From the IMG/VR virus record IMGVR_UViG_3300021959_009735, positions 1 through 60,533 of that record: a stretch of 60,533 nucleotides of DNA. The stretch is one strand, 5' to 3'. How positions within the stretch are numbered: the stretch's first letter is position 1; each line of letters opens with the position of its first letter. The stretch comes from a virus. Its lineage: Duplodnaviria > Caudoviricetes. The notes under the pieces were generated by a model, which saw only the letters and a list, made by a program, of their open reading frames with translations, ran no database searches and was not told the origin of the DNA. This document shows, in pieces, positions 38,772 to 46,898 of this stretch. The translations under genes were made by a program, and so were the position numbers.

Positions 38772-39475
38772 TTTCCTGCTAGTTCGATGTTCTTATAAAA
38801 TTCTGCTCTAGCACTATCTTCATCTAGGAAGCACCCCGAAAGCTGTGCCGTTTGCATAGAAGCTCCCTGGTGCTTAACCCCTCGGCATGAGACGCAGTTG
38901 TGTGTAGCATCTACCATGACGGCTACTCCAAGATTATTTTCACAAATCTTATCGATTGCGTTATGGATGGCAACCGTAAGCTGCTCTTGGATTGCTCCTC
39001 GACGGGCAAAGTGCTCTACAATTCGATTGAGCTTAGATAGTCCAACTACCTTACCATCTTTGTTCGGCACATAAGCTACGCTTACATGACCTTTGATGGT
39101 CTGGTGATGATGTGAGCACATCGATGTAATCGGAATATTAGATTCCTGAACAAGGCCGGTATATCCATCTGCCGGGAAAGCTGTAATCGCATCTAGAGGT
39201 TCGAATCGACCTCTCCATAGATCGTTTACATATGCTTTTGCAACCCGAGTAGGAGTATCGGCCGAGTTCGGATCATTTTTCCAATCGCATCCTAGAGCTT
39301 CTAGAAAGCGTCCGAAATGAACGGCTGCCTCTCTAATAATTTCATCTTTTTCTTCGGTAGAAAGATGGGCATTCTCTCTTTGATCTGAAAGCTGCCTGTA
39401 TTTGAGTTGAGTACTGATACCGTTTGCAAAGCCGGCAGGTACAATCTCTGTATCTGATATAAACTTTTTAGCCAT
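38759..39475 (-). CDS. folE: GTP cyclohydrolase I
   Basis: DTPTRVAK, SMCSHH, VGLSKLNR, IQE, HNCVSCRG. Confidence 0.95.
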   Translation of the reverse strand: MAKKFISDTEIVPAGFANGISTQLKYRQLSDQRENAHLSTEEKDEIIREAAVHFGRFLEALGCDWKNDPNSADTPTRVAKAYVNDLWRGRFEPLDAITAFPADGYTGLVQESNIPITSMCSHHHQTIKGHVSVAYVPNKDGKVVGLSKLNRIVEHFARRGAIQEQLTVAIHNAIDKICENNLGVAVMVDATHNCVSCRGVKHQGASMQTAQLSGCFLDEDSARAEFYKNIELAGKCRN

Positions 39476-39476
39476 A

Positions 39477-39668
39477 TTAATCTTTCAATAACGTTTTATC
39501 GGATGATCCGGTATACGTGTCAGTTGATATATTATACGAAATATTCTCGTCTAATACAACTGATTGTAGTTTTTCTTTCAGTTCATCCCACTGTTTAGGT
39601 GTGGTCGTATAGTCGTTGCATGCGGCTACAAATCCTTGCATCCACAAGACAAATTCTCTAGGTGTCAT
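39477..39668 (-). CDS. hypothetical protein
   Basis: MTPREFVLWMQGF phage-type N-terminus. Confidence 0.7.
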   Translation of the reverse strand: MTPREFVLWMQGFVAACNDYTTTPKQWDELKEKLQSVVLDENISYNISTDTYTGSSDKTLLKD

Positions 39669-39670
39669 CT

Positions 39671-40447
39671 TTAAACCTCTCTTTGAGTATCAAATGCGAT
39701 GATATGTGGACGTCCGGTAAACCTGTACTGATGCTTTGTACACCAGTCCATCACCATCGGATAGATTCGGATAAGCTCCTCTCTTTCATCTCCAGGAGGC
39801 ATGATCCAAATCCGCTCTCTTGGTACATTCAGTTCAGCCATAAATTCCTGAATCTCATTCCAGGTATCAGGATCTTCTACCGGATTGACAACTACCTTCA
39901 TATGGTAGTTATCATGATACTCGATAGATTGCTTGATAGATTCTTTATTCAGCCTGAACTTATTATGCACTTTAACAAATCGTTCATCTACGACTTGTCC
40001 TTGAGGAGTTATAGCTCCAATTTCCGGTACACTGTTGCTAAACTTCGGAGAGAAGGAAACTAGGTCTAACGGGTAGTCTGTCTCTAGGAAATGACTACCT
40101 TCGGTCTCCATCGTAATGATAATTCCTCTTTCGTTAGCAAAATGAGTAAGCTCATTTACTAGAGCACCATGCATAGAAGGCGAACCTCCCGTTAGCATCA
40201 TCTCCGTAATGTGGGGATATTCATCGTAGATGTCGATAATATCTTGAAAGGTATATTTACCCTTCTCTGGATGGATGCTGGTGTACCAGCTATCGCACCA
40301 TCCTCCTTCTCCGAAAAAGCACCGGTGTGTACATCCGGTAGTTCTTACTGCGATTGTTGGTAGCCCTGCTCTACTACCTTCTGATTGGATGCAGGCATAA
40401 AGTTCAACGATAGGGAGAACTTTAGAGTAGTCTTCTATTCTATTCAT
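39671..40447 (-). CDS. queE: 7-carboxy-7-deazaguanine synthase (radical SAM)
   Basis: IQSEG..G, RTTGC, CDS, TGG, ETEG, SPK; Cys motif CX3CX7C. Confidence 0.92.
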   Translation of the reverse strand: MNRIEDYSKVLPIVELYACIQSEGSRAGLPTIAVRTTGCTHRCFFGEGGWCDSWYTSIHPEKGKYTFQDIIDIYDEYPHITEMMLTGGSPSMHGALVNELTHFANERGIIITMETEGSHFLETDYPLDLVSFSPKFSNSVPEIGAITPQGQVVDERFVKVHNKFRLNKESIKQSIEYHDNYHMKVVVNPVEDPDTWNEIQEFMAELNVPRERIWIMPPGDEREELIRIYPMVMDWCTKHQYRFTGRPHIIAFDTQREV

Positions 40448-40450
40448 ATG

Positions 40451-40480
40451 GTTGTTTTTAAAGTGGTGCTACGACACTCT
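40451..40480 (-). ncRNA. preQ1-I-like riboswitch aptamer
   Basis: AGAGTG-TCGTAGCAC-CACTTT-AAAAACAAC: P1 stem, UCGUAG..C loop, A-rich tail able to pseudoknot; 3 nt before the queE ATG. Confidence 0.7.
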
Positions 40481-40483
40481 GTC

Positions 40484-40948
40484 TTAGGGTTGATAAATAG
40501 CTGAGTTTTTGTTATGCTCGTAGAATTCTAGCTTTTTCACTCTAACTCTACCCTCAGTTTCTTTATCTACGAAGGTATTAATCTTCTCGTATAAATATTC
40601 GGCGAACCTCTCTGCTCCTACGGCCGGGACGACTCTTAGTTGAATGATTCCTTGTTCGTCTAGAAGTTTAAATCTTCCAAGAGCCGGATCATCGTCGGCA
40701 ATAATAACTGTATGGTCTAGCAAATGGTCAAACCATTCTTTAGGAGACATGCCTTCAATTTTATTGACTGCACGTTTCATTCCTCCAAAATCCCAGACCC
40801 AGTTTCGATGATCTAAATCACCTTCAAACCATACCCGGAAAGAAACTCCGTAACCGTGTAGGTATTTGCAATGTGTTGTTACTGCCTTCCATTGACGAAA
40901 GCAAGTAGAAAATCCGTCGAATAACTTAGTAGATGTGAATTTTGCCAT
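40484..40948 (-). CDS. queD: 6-carboxytetrahydropterin synthase
   Basis: CKYLHGY, DFGG, LDH, GAERFA, FYEH. Confidence 0.92.
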   Translation of the reverse strand: MAKFTSTKLFDGFSTCFRQWKAVTTHCKYLHGYGVSFRVWFEGDLDHRNWVWDFGGMKRAVNKIEGMSPKEWFDHLLDHTVIIADDDPALGRFKLLDEQGIIQLRVVPAVGAERFAEYLYEKINTFVDKETEGRVRVKKLEFYEHNKNSAIYQP

Positions 40949-40954
40949 AACTGA

Positions 40955-41833
40955 TTATTTTAATTCTTTAATATAAGAACGAAGTCTATCTTGAGGCAAC
41001 CATTCAAGGTGTTTTAGTGAATCATCTGACTCACGTAATGTCTCCTGGTAGTTACCTTTCTGGTTCGGAACGTATACTTTTTTACATCCAAATCTTTCAA
41101 TGAACATATCTGCTACTTCATTAATAGAGTAGTTATGACCGGTCCCTAGTTCCCATTCAAAAATATCTTCCGGAAGTACTCCTAGACCAATACGAAGTAA
41201 CCCTTGTACAATATCGTCAACGTGTGTAAAATCTCTTCTCTGCTCTCCATCTCCGACAATAGTAATAGGTTCTTCGGTGTTGACCTGATGTCTCCACTTT
41301 CCTATAACCGCCGCGAAAGGATCGTCAACGAGTTCTCCTTCACCGTACACGTTGTAGAATCTAGCAATCTGGGCATCTACTCCGTATACGGTTCTGTACA
41401 TTTTGCATAGATCTTCCCCTACTTTTTTTGCAGTAGCATAAGGGGAAATTTCCGGGTCATGCCATCTAGAGGAAGAACCTGCGTATACAACTCTAGCATT
41501 TCCTATCATTCGAGCAAAGTCTAAGACCTCTTGAGTGCCGGTAGCATTAACTCTAAAGAACTCTGATGGATCATCGAACGATGGTTGAATACGGCTGAGA
41601 GCAGCCAGGTGGAAGATAACATCGTACCTATCGTGTGCCCGATGCCTATGAAAAAATTCTAGATCGAAAATCTCTTCTATATCTCCGTAAAAGTATTTAC
41701 AAAGTTTGTTTTTGGGAAGAGTGCTGGGGTGAGATCTATCATCCAAGCTATGGACATCGTAACCTGATTTAACCAGGGCGTTAACGAGGTGCTTACCTAT
41801 AAAGCCTTCACCGCCCGTAACTAAAACCTTCAA
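40955..41833 (-). CDS. NAD-dependent epimerase/dehydratase
   Basis: TGGEGFIG, HLAA, YATAK, RFYNVYG, RDFTHV; TTG start at 41833. Confidence 0.9.
   Translation of the reverse strand: MKVLVTGGEGFIGKHLVNALVKSGYDVHSLDDRSHPSTLPKNKLCKYFYGDIEEIFDLEFFHRHRAHDRYDVIFHLAALSRIQPSFDDPSEFFRVNATGTQEVLDFARMIGNARVVYAGSSSRWHDPEISPYATAKKVGEDLCKMYRTVYGVDAQIARFYNVYGEGELVDDPFAAVIGKWRHQVNTEEPITIVGDGEQRRDFTHVDDIVQGLLRIGLGVLPEDIFEWELGTGHNYSINEVADMFIERFGCKKVYVPNQKGNYQETLRESDDSLKHLEWLPQDRLRSYIKELK
40970..40999 (-). promoter_or_regulatory. sigma70-like promoter for queD, embedded in the epimerase 3' end
   Basis: TTGCCT-18-TATATT. Confidence 0.5.
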
Positions 41834-41835
41834 TC

Positions 41836-42390
41836 TTAATCCTCTAGATAATTTAAAAGTTTGTCGCCGTCTTCCGATTCTACGGCTAAGTCTCCGTCGA
41901 AATCTGCTCTCCATATTACACACTCAAACGTTTCTGGGTAAACTGTTCTTACGTTAATAGTATTGTTTGCAATGTTTCTGATTTGAATAATATCGTAGGG
42001 TGTTATACCGTCCATCTCGATATCGCCTACAATGCCGGGACATTCTTGAGTATGGTAGAGATTAACCGTTGGTGCGTTCATATACCATTGGAAGTAAGCA
42101 TCCGCATCCTTGTCGGTTACAGTCCCATCTCCATCGTAATCGGCCCTCCAAAGAGCGCATGCATATTCAACTCCGCTTTGAGCTACTCCTTCAACGCTAT
42201 TACCTAAAGATAGGTCTAATATCAAGGAAGCATTAAAGACTCCGTGATTCTTATTTGAAGGAGAAGGTTTACCGAGGTCAACTCTCTGTACGGTGGGACA
42301 GTCTTCTGGTCCTACTTCTTTATCCTCTGAGTTAACTGAGTCGCATGCTACGAGGCCACAAATGGAAAGGATGAGCAATAACTTTTTCAT
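41836..42390 (-). CDS. lipoprotein with dockerin/EF-hand-like repeats
   Basis: Lipobox LVAC; ADYDGDGTVTDKD, GDIEMDGITPYD, ADFDGDLAVESED. Confidence 0.78.
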   Translation of the reverse strand: MKKLLLILSICGLVACDSVNSEDKEVGPEDCPTVQRVDLGKPSPSNKNHGVFNASLILDLSLGNSVEGVAQSGVEYACALWRADYDGDGTVTDKDADAYFQWYMNAPTVNLYHTQECPGIVGDIEMDGITPYDIIQIRNIANNTINVRTVYPETFECVIWRADFDGDLAVESEDGDKLLNYLED

Positions 42391-42429
42391 AACAAGTAAT
42401 TTTATTATAAATAGCACTGCTTTACCTCT

Positions 42430-42702
42430 TTATCTACGGTGATCGGTTAAAATCGCATGAATAGACTTATATGTCATATTGATGACAATTGCAGCTCCAA
42501 GACCAAGTACGAATGGAACTTCTGATAGATCAAAGACAACAAGTCCAGCCGCTGTGTAGATTGCTGTAAAGATCAAATCAACGAATACCCCTCCTAGAGC
42601 CATCTGCATACCCTCTTTGGGCTTCTTCTGGCTATAGATAATAATTACTGCGTTAATTGGTACGAGAAAAAAGAGCAGTCCTACCCCTACGAAAAAACTC
42701 AT
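42430..42702 (-). CDS. 3-TM membrane protein
   Basis: Three hydrophobic helices. Confidence 0.65.
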   Translation of the reverse strand: MSFFVGVGLLFFLVPINAVIIIYSQKKPKEGMQMALGGVFVDLIFTAIYTAAGLVVFDLSEVPFVLGLGAAIVINMTYKSIHAILTDHRR

Positions 42703-42803
42703 TGATCACTCCATGTAGATTTATCTTGGTTTACATACCAGATAGCCCAGATACTGATACCTGCGGCGAAGATAATTGCTCCTACTATGATTGCTGCGTA
42801 CAT
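42699..42803 (-). CDS. 34-aa single-TM protein (not in ORF track)
   Basis: MYAAIIVGAIIFAAGISIWAIWYVNQDKSTWSDQ; abuts thyX, ATGA overlap downstream. Confidence 0.6.
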   Translation of the reverse strand: MYAAIIVGAIIFAAGISIWAIWYVNQDKSTWSDQ

Positions 42804-43436
42804 TTAATATTCTAAAGCTTTTGAAATGATTGGAAATTGTTCTTTGAAGATAGCTTTTATTGCTTTGGCTACCTCTTGAATTTCTTTTTGAGCATGACCA
42901 TCGTCTCTTAGCTCGAGAAAATGAATCCAAGAACGAATAGATCCGGTCATATGAATTTTTGTTTTGGTGGCAAGTGGAAGAACAAAACGGGCTGTCTCTC
43001 TTGCTACACCTGATGCGATTAATGCGCTGTATAATTCTGAGGCTGCACCGAAATGTAGCTTAACCATTTCGTCAATAATCTGTTCCCTCTCGGGATCAAA
43101 ACGGGTAGTAGAAGACTGCCGGTTATCTTCGGCCTGCTTTCTAAACTCGATTGGCTCAAAAATATCTTTTAGAAGATTAACATCTTGATACCTCTGAGAG
43201 AATTCCTGAAATGTAAAAGAACGATGGCGGATCAGCTGAATGCCGATAGCTTTTGAGGTGTCAATCTCTACGGTCATATAGGAATGCTCAAATGGAGACC
43301 AATGTCGATGTTTGATCAGATAGTTTAGAAGCCCTTCCGGCTGTCCTCTTTTATCTTCTCTTTTCGATGATACTCGAGCAACCTCCACAATATGTTCTTC
43401 CGCCTGTGGAGTGGTGGCCATAAGCTTTACGTTCAT
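42804..43436 (-). CDS. thyX: FAD-dependent thymidylate synthase
   Basis: HWSPFEH, QLIRHRSFTFQEFSQRY, ETARFVLP, HAQKEI. Confidence 0.96.
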   Translation of the reverse strand: MNVKLMATTPQAEEHIVEVARVSSKREDKRGQPEGLLNYLIKHRHWSPFEHSYMTVEIDTSKAIGIQLIRHRSFTFQEFSQRYQDVNLLKDIFEPIEFRKQAEDNRQSSTTRFDPEREQIIDEMVKLHFGAASELYSALIASGVARETARFVLPLATKTKIHMTGSIRSWIHFLELRDDGHAQKEIQEVAKAIKAIFKEQFPIISKALEY

Positions 43437-43582
43437 ACTAATTCCTCCCAAATTCCTACTAACTCGCTTAGTACTAGTACACCGGCACCGATAACTAAAT
43501 CAAACGGAAGGAGGACGTATGCAACAATCCTCACTCCCGATTTGATAAAGCTAACAATCTGGTGCCATTTCTGATTCGGCAT
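43433..43582 (-). CDS. 49-aa membrane protein (not in ORF track)
   Basis: MPNQKWHQIVSFIKSGVRI...ELVGIWEELV; GGAG SD; ATGA overlap with thyX. Confidence 0.7.
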   Translation of the reverse strand: MPNQKWHQIVSFIKSGVRIVAYVLLPFDLVIGAGVLVLSELVGIWEELV

Positions 43583-43595
43583 TTTCTCCAGATTC

Positions 43596-44474
43596 TTATC
43601 CTGCATATCCTGCTAGCACCTCCTCTGCATGAGCTTTGGCTACTTCCCAAGAGACCGGACCAGTTTCGTCTTCGTACTGTACCGGGTCTGGGCGTCCAAG
43701 TTTAATAAAAGCTTCGATGCGTTCTACCGAAGAAGCCGACTTATAGTCAGAGTTTCCGGATGGGAACGGCTTATAGGAAGTGTTAGTCAGAGAATATACC
43801 GTATCGAAATCTAATCCAAGATTTTCACAGCATGCTAGACCATCTTCCAGAATGGTAAACTTATCTCCATCAAGGTAGGGAGTAGAATACGTTACCTTGT
43901 CTGAATCCCAGTTTCCGACCAGGAAGGCTTCGTAATCTGCATCTCTAAACTCTTGACGGCAGTCTGGATAGATTGCATGGTCTCCGGCATGAATACCGAG
44001 TGCGATTTCAACCGGACAATCCCATTCGTTTGCAATCGAAAGAGCTACGGACTGGATGATAGAAGAGAAGATCTTATTCCGGTTCGGTACAACCGTTGCC
44101 TTCATATTGTCTTCGGCGTAATGCCCTTCAGGTACATCTTCTCCGCCAGAGACTAGATTAGAATTTAAAAGATCAGATAGCCCATCCAGCTTGATAATCT
44201 GATGCTTAATTGGATAGAACATTCTCTTACCGGGATTCTGCTCTAATGCATGTCCATTCAGGTAACGTACAAGATCGGAAGCTCGGTTTAGTTCTACTCT
44301 ATGTTTCTGTCCGTAATCAAAGGATAGGGCTGTTACGTCATATCCTGCGTTAAGGAGGTGTAAGAGTAGGGTGGAGGAGTCCATCCCTCCGCTAAGACTT
44401 AGTACTGCTTTTTTTGGAAATAAATCGGCTTGCATTTGTTTAACCGTTGGTGAGTCAGTATTGTGATATTGCAT
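43596..44474 (-). CDS. queC: 7-cyano-7-deazaguanine synthase
   Basis: SGGMDSS, FDYGQKH, VPNRN, HAGDHAIYPDCR. Confidence 0.95.
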   Translation of the reverse strand: MQYHNTDSPTVKQMQADLFPKKAVLSLSGGMDSSTLLLHLLNAGYDVTALSFDYGQKHRVELNRASDLVRYLNGHALEQNPGKRMFYPIKHQIIKLDGLSDLLNSNLVSGGEDVPEGHYAEDNMKATVVPNRNKIFSSIIQSVALSIANEWDCPVEIALGIHAGDHAIYPDCRQEFRDADYEAFLVGNWDSDKVTYSTPYLDGDKFTILEDGLACCENLGLDFDTVYSLTNTSYKPFPSGNSDYKSASSVERIEAFIKLGRPDPVQYEDETGPVSWEVAKAHAEEVLAGYAG

Positions 44475-44506
44475 AGACTCCTAATGCATATGAGAATGTA
44501 CGAACG

Positions 44507-44776
44507 TTACTGTAAAGATTCAACTGCATCTACAAGATCAGACTTTTTCATGGGTCCGATTACGGTTGCGTATGTTTCCATATTTTCTTTGAGAAATACT
44601 GTGGTAGGAATGCTTTTAATTCCGTACTTCTCCGATAGCCCTTCAGTGTCTTCATCTATATCGATAGTTTCAAAAACTACTCCGGTATCGGACATTTGCT
44701 TTTGAACTTCGTCAAAAACTGGTTTATAAATTCGGCATGGTCCGCACCATGAGGCTGTAAATCTAAGTACTTTCAT
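44507..44776 (-). CDS. thioredoxin
   Basis: WCGPC, IPT. Confidence 0.93.
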   Translation of the reverse strand: MKVLRFTASWCGPCRIYKPVFDEVQKQMSDTGVVFETIDIDEDTEGLSEKYGIKSIPTTVFLKENMETYATVIGPMKKSDLVDAVESLQ

Positions 44777-44781
44777 ATTTT

Positions 44782-45486
44782 TTATTCTCTTATTCCGATG
44801 AATGTGTATGTGGCTCCGACTCCCAAGAGAGGGGCAAAGCCGTCTAAGGTGTAACCATATCCTCCGAATAAGCCTAGACCTAGACGAGGTTTTTTAGCAC
44901 GGTGTGCATTTTTAATATTGTAGGGCGGTCCTTGAATATCTGTGATCCGAACGTTAGGGTACATCGAGAATACCCCTACCTTGAGGGTATGATCTGTAAT
45001 ATTGATATCTGTAGCAACGTTTAGGTTCACACTTGCTTCAGAAAACTCGAAATCAAAGTCTTTCGGAACATCTAAATCGTAATCCCACCTAAATTTTGTA
45101 ATTCCTTTAACTCGAAGTGCTCCTTGACGATCCGTATCTACAAGCGTGAATGGAATTTCATGAAACTTATCTGCATCCGCTCCACCAACCGTAACCCGGA
45201 CTGTGTCTCGAACAATGACAGTATCTCGTTTAACGACTACTTTAGGGGGTAGGTAAACTACTCTAGGCTTTTTTAAGCTGAGTTCATTATACCTCAGTTC
45301 GGCTACGACCAGAGAATCTTCTAACTCTACGACATAATCTTCAAAAAGCCTTTCGACCTCTTTAGCTTCGTCAAGTTGAGCGTTCAAGTCGGTGATTTCT
45401 GTATTTCGATCTTGAATAGTAGTATAGGCGTAGAACGGTATAACTATTAATGCAATACCTAGAATAAACGCTGCAAATTTTTTCAT
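44782..45486 (-). CDS. spanin-like membrane protein
   Basis: N-terminal TM, coiled coil, RDTV repeats, C-terminal GLGLFGGYG..GVGATY hairpin. Confidence 0.55.
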   Translation of the reverse strand: MKKFAAFILGIALIVIPFYAYTTIQDRNTEITDLNAQLDEAKEVERLFEDYVVELEDSLVVAELRYNELSLKKPRVVYLPPKVVVKRDTVIVRDTVRVTVGGADADKFHEIPFTLVDTDRQGALRVKGITKFRWDYDLDVPKDFDFEFSEASVNLNVATDINITDHTLKVGVFSMYPNVRITDIQGPPYNIKNAHRAKKPRLGLGLFGGYGYTLDGFAPLLGVGATYTFIGIRE

Positions 45487-45490
45487 AACC

Positions 45491-45958
45491 TTAGAATATC
45501 AGTTTATCTACTTCTGTAAAACTTTCGTCTACCGTTTTCTTAATTAAGTTTAGAAGGATTGAGTTTGCAAAATCTTCCTCACTCTCTATCATAGAGTAGA
45601 AATTAGACCTTACAGATTTGGTAATCAAGGACCGCTGGTTTAAATTTTGTGTAAAATCATTCTTATGATCTACAAAAGTTATCTCCATGGTAAGAGCTAC
45701 GTCTTCGTTCCTTGCTTTAAATATAGCAAAAGAAAGTCCGGTATCAAACCGTTCGTAGGAAATAAATTTTGGATATACATGAACATCAGCCTCAGAAGGA
45801 TCGCTTACAATGCGTACGTTAGGAATATCTTGAACGTATTCTTCTAGAAGTATCTGGGTAGTTCTAGATACTAGAGCGTTACTGAAGATTGCTTCATCAC
45901 TTTCATTGGTTGCAGGATGAACAAAGATAGAAATTATAGAGAGAAGGATAGCTAACAT
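45491..45958 (-). CDS. exported protein, CsgG/LptE/TolB-N-like alpha/beta fold possible
   Basis: Signal-like N-terminus; helix-EAD-strands-helix pattern. Confidence 0.45.
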   Translation of the reverse strand: MLAILLSIISIFVHPATNESDEAIFSNALVSRTTQILLEEYVQDIPNVRIVSDPSEADVHVYPKFISYERFDTGLSFAIFKARNEDVALTMEITFVDHKNDFTQNLNQRSLITKSVRSNFYSMIESEEDFANSILLNLIKKTVDESFTEVDKLIF

Positions 45959-46893
45959 TAGAATAAGTATTTAGCTCCCAGTAGAACACCCGGAGATGTA
46001 AATTCTCTACTATCTGTGCGGTAGTTTATACTGGCAGCAAGGTTTAAGCCAAAGGTTGGTGATAACTTCCATGTAAACGATAGGTTTGGATTTACCTTAA
46101 CATGATCTTCAAACCAGTAACTTAACTTAAAAACCTTCACATAATAAATATAAGATAGAACTAGTGTAGAATTGATTGAAAAGTATGGATTTGAATACAG
46201 TTTATTAGACACGCCTACAATAAGAGACGTGTCCTGAAACCTGTAGTTATTCAAGATCCCAAAAGTAACTGAGTTAAATGCAAAGCCGCTCAGCTTTCTA
46301 GTCTTGTAGTATACGCCGTTAAACAAATTACCTAGAAAATCACCCTCAATATACAGGCCTCCAAAGCTTTCTACTCGATTCCACTTCTCATTTAGCGGCT
46401 TCATTCTATAATACCCTAGAGCCGACTTCTGACTATTTCCAAAACTGGATAAAGCTCCGTACTTAAGACCTGTTTTGAGATTTTGAGTAGAGTATCCAGA
46501 ACCAGCTCTAAACTCTGATGGAGAGAAGTAAGCTAAATCTGAGCTTAGTACTAGAAGAGGTGCTCCGAGTTCAACTTCTCCTGAATCAGCAATTCTTTTT
46601 GACGAAGAGGTTACTAACTCCTGTATTTCTGCACACGGGTAGTATTCATTCCAAAGCCTATTAACTTTATCCATCCAAGCAATATACGTACCGTCTTGCA
46701 TTTCAAATCTGTTGAACGTCTCCGATTCACCAAAAAAGAAAACAGTAAAGGTGTCGTTTTTCTGCGACACCTCTACCTGAACAGTTCGATTCTGCTCAGT
46801 ACAAATTTCTCTGTACCTGTACTTAAAAAAGGTCTGTCCGCTGGACGGACTACTCCATAGGACCAGTAATATAACAGTTAGAAGAAACCGCAT
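45958..46893 (-). CDS. predicted outer-membrane beta-barrel protein
   Basis: Signal peptide; alternating aromatic beta strands; C-terminal beta-signal LLGAKYLF. Confidence 0.65.
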   Translation of the reverse strand: MRFLLTVILLVLWSSPSSGQTFFKYRYREICTEQNRTVQVEVSQKNDTFTVFFFGESETFNRFEMQDGTYIAWMDKVNRLWNEYYPCAEIQELVTSSSKRIADSGEVELGAPLLVLSSDLAYFSPSEFRAGSGYSTQNLKTGLKYGALSSFGNSQKSALGYYRMKPLNEKWNRVESFGGLYIEGDFLGNLFNGVYYKTRKLSGFAFNSVTFGILNNYRFQDTSLIVGVSNKLYSNPYFSINSTLVLSYIYYVKVFKLSYWFEDHVKVNPNLSFTWKLSPTFGLNLAASINYRTDSREFTSPGVLLGAKYLF

Positions 46894-46898
46894 TCATT

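Noticed and set aside
36348-39475. folE and the PurN-like gene as folate/purine auxiliary metabolic genes, or Que genes as tRNA queuosine synthesis
   Set aside because: Context with the DpdA-like enzyme and absence of queA/queG in the window favour DNA modification
41834-41923. Arg-rich N-terminal extension of the epimerase, and similar long upstream starts at 11113, 21820, 47654 and 35874
   Set aside because: Artefacts of longest-ORF calling that overlap upstream genes or promoters; downstream starts fit better
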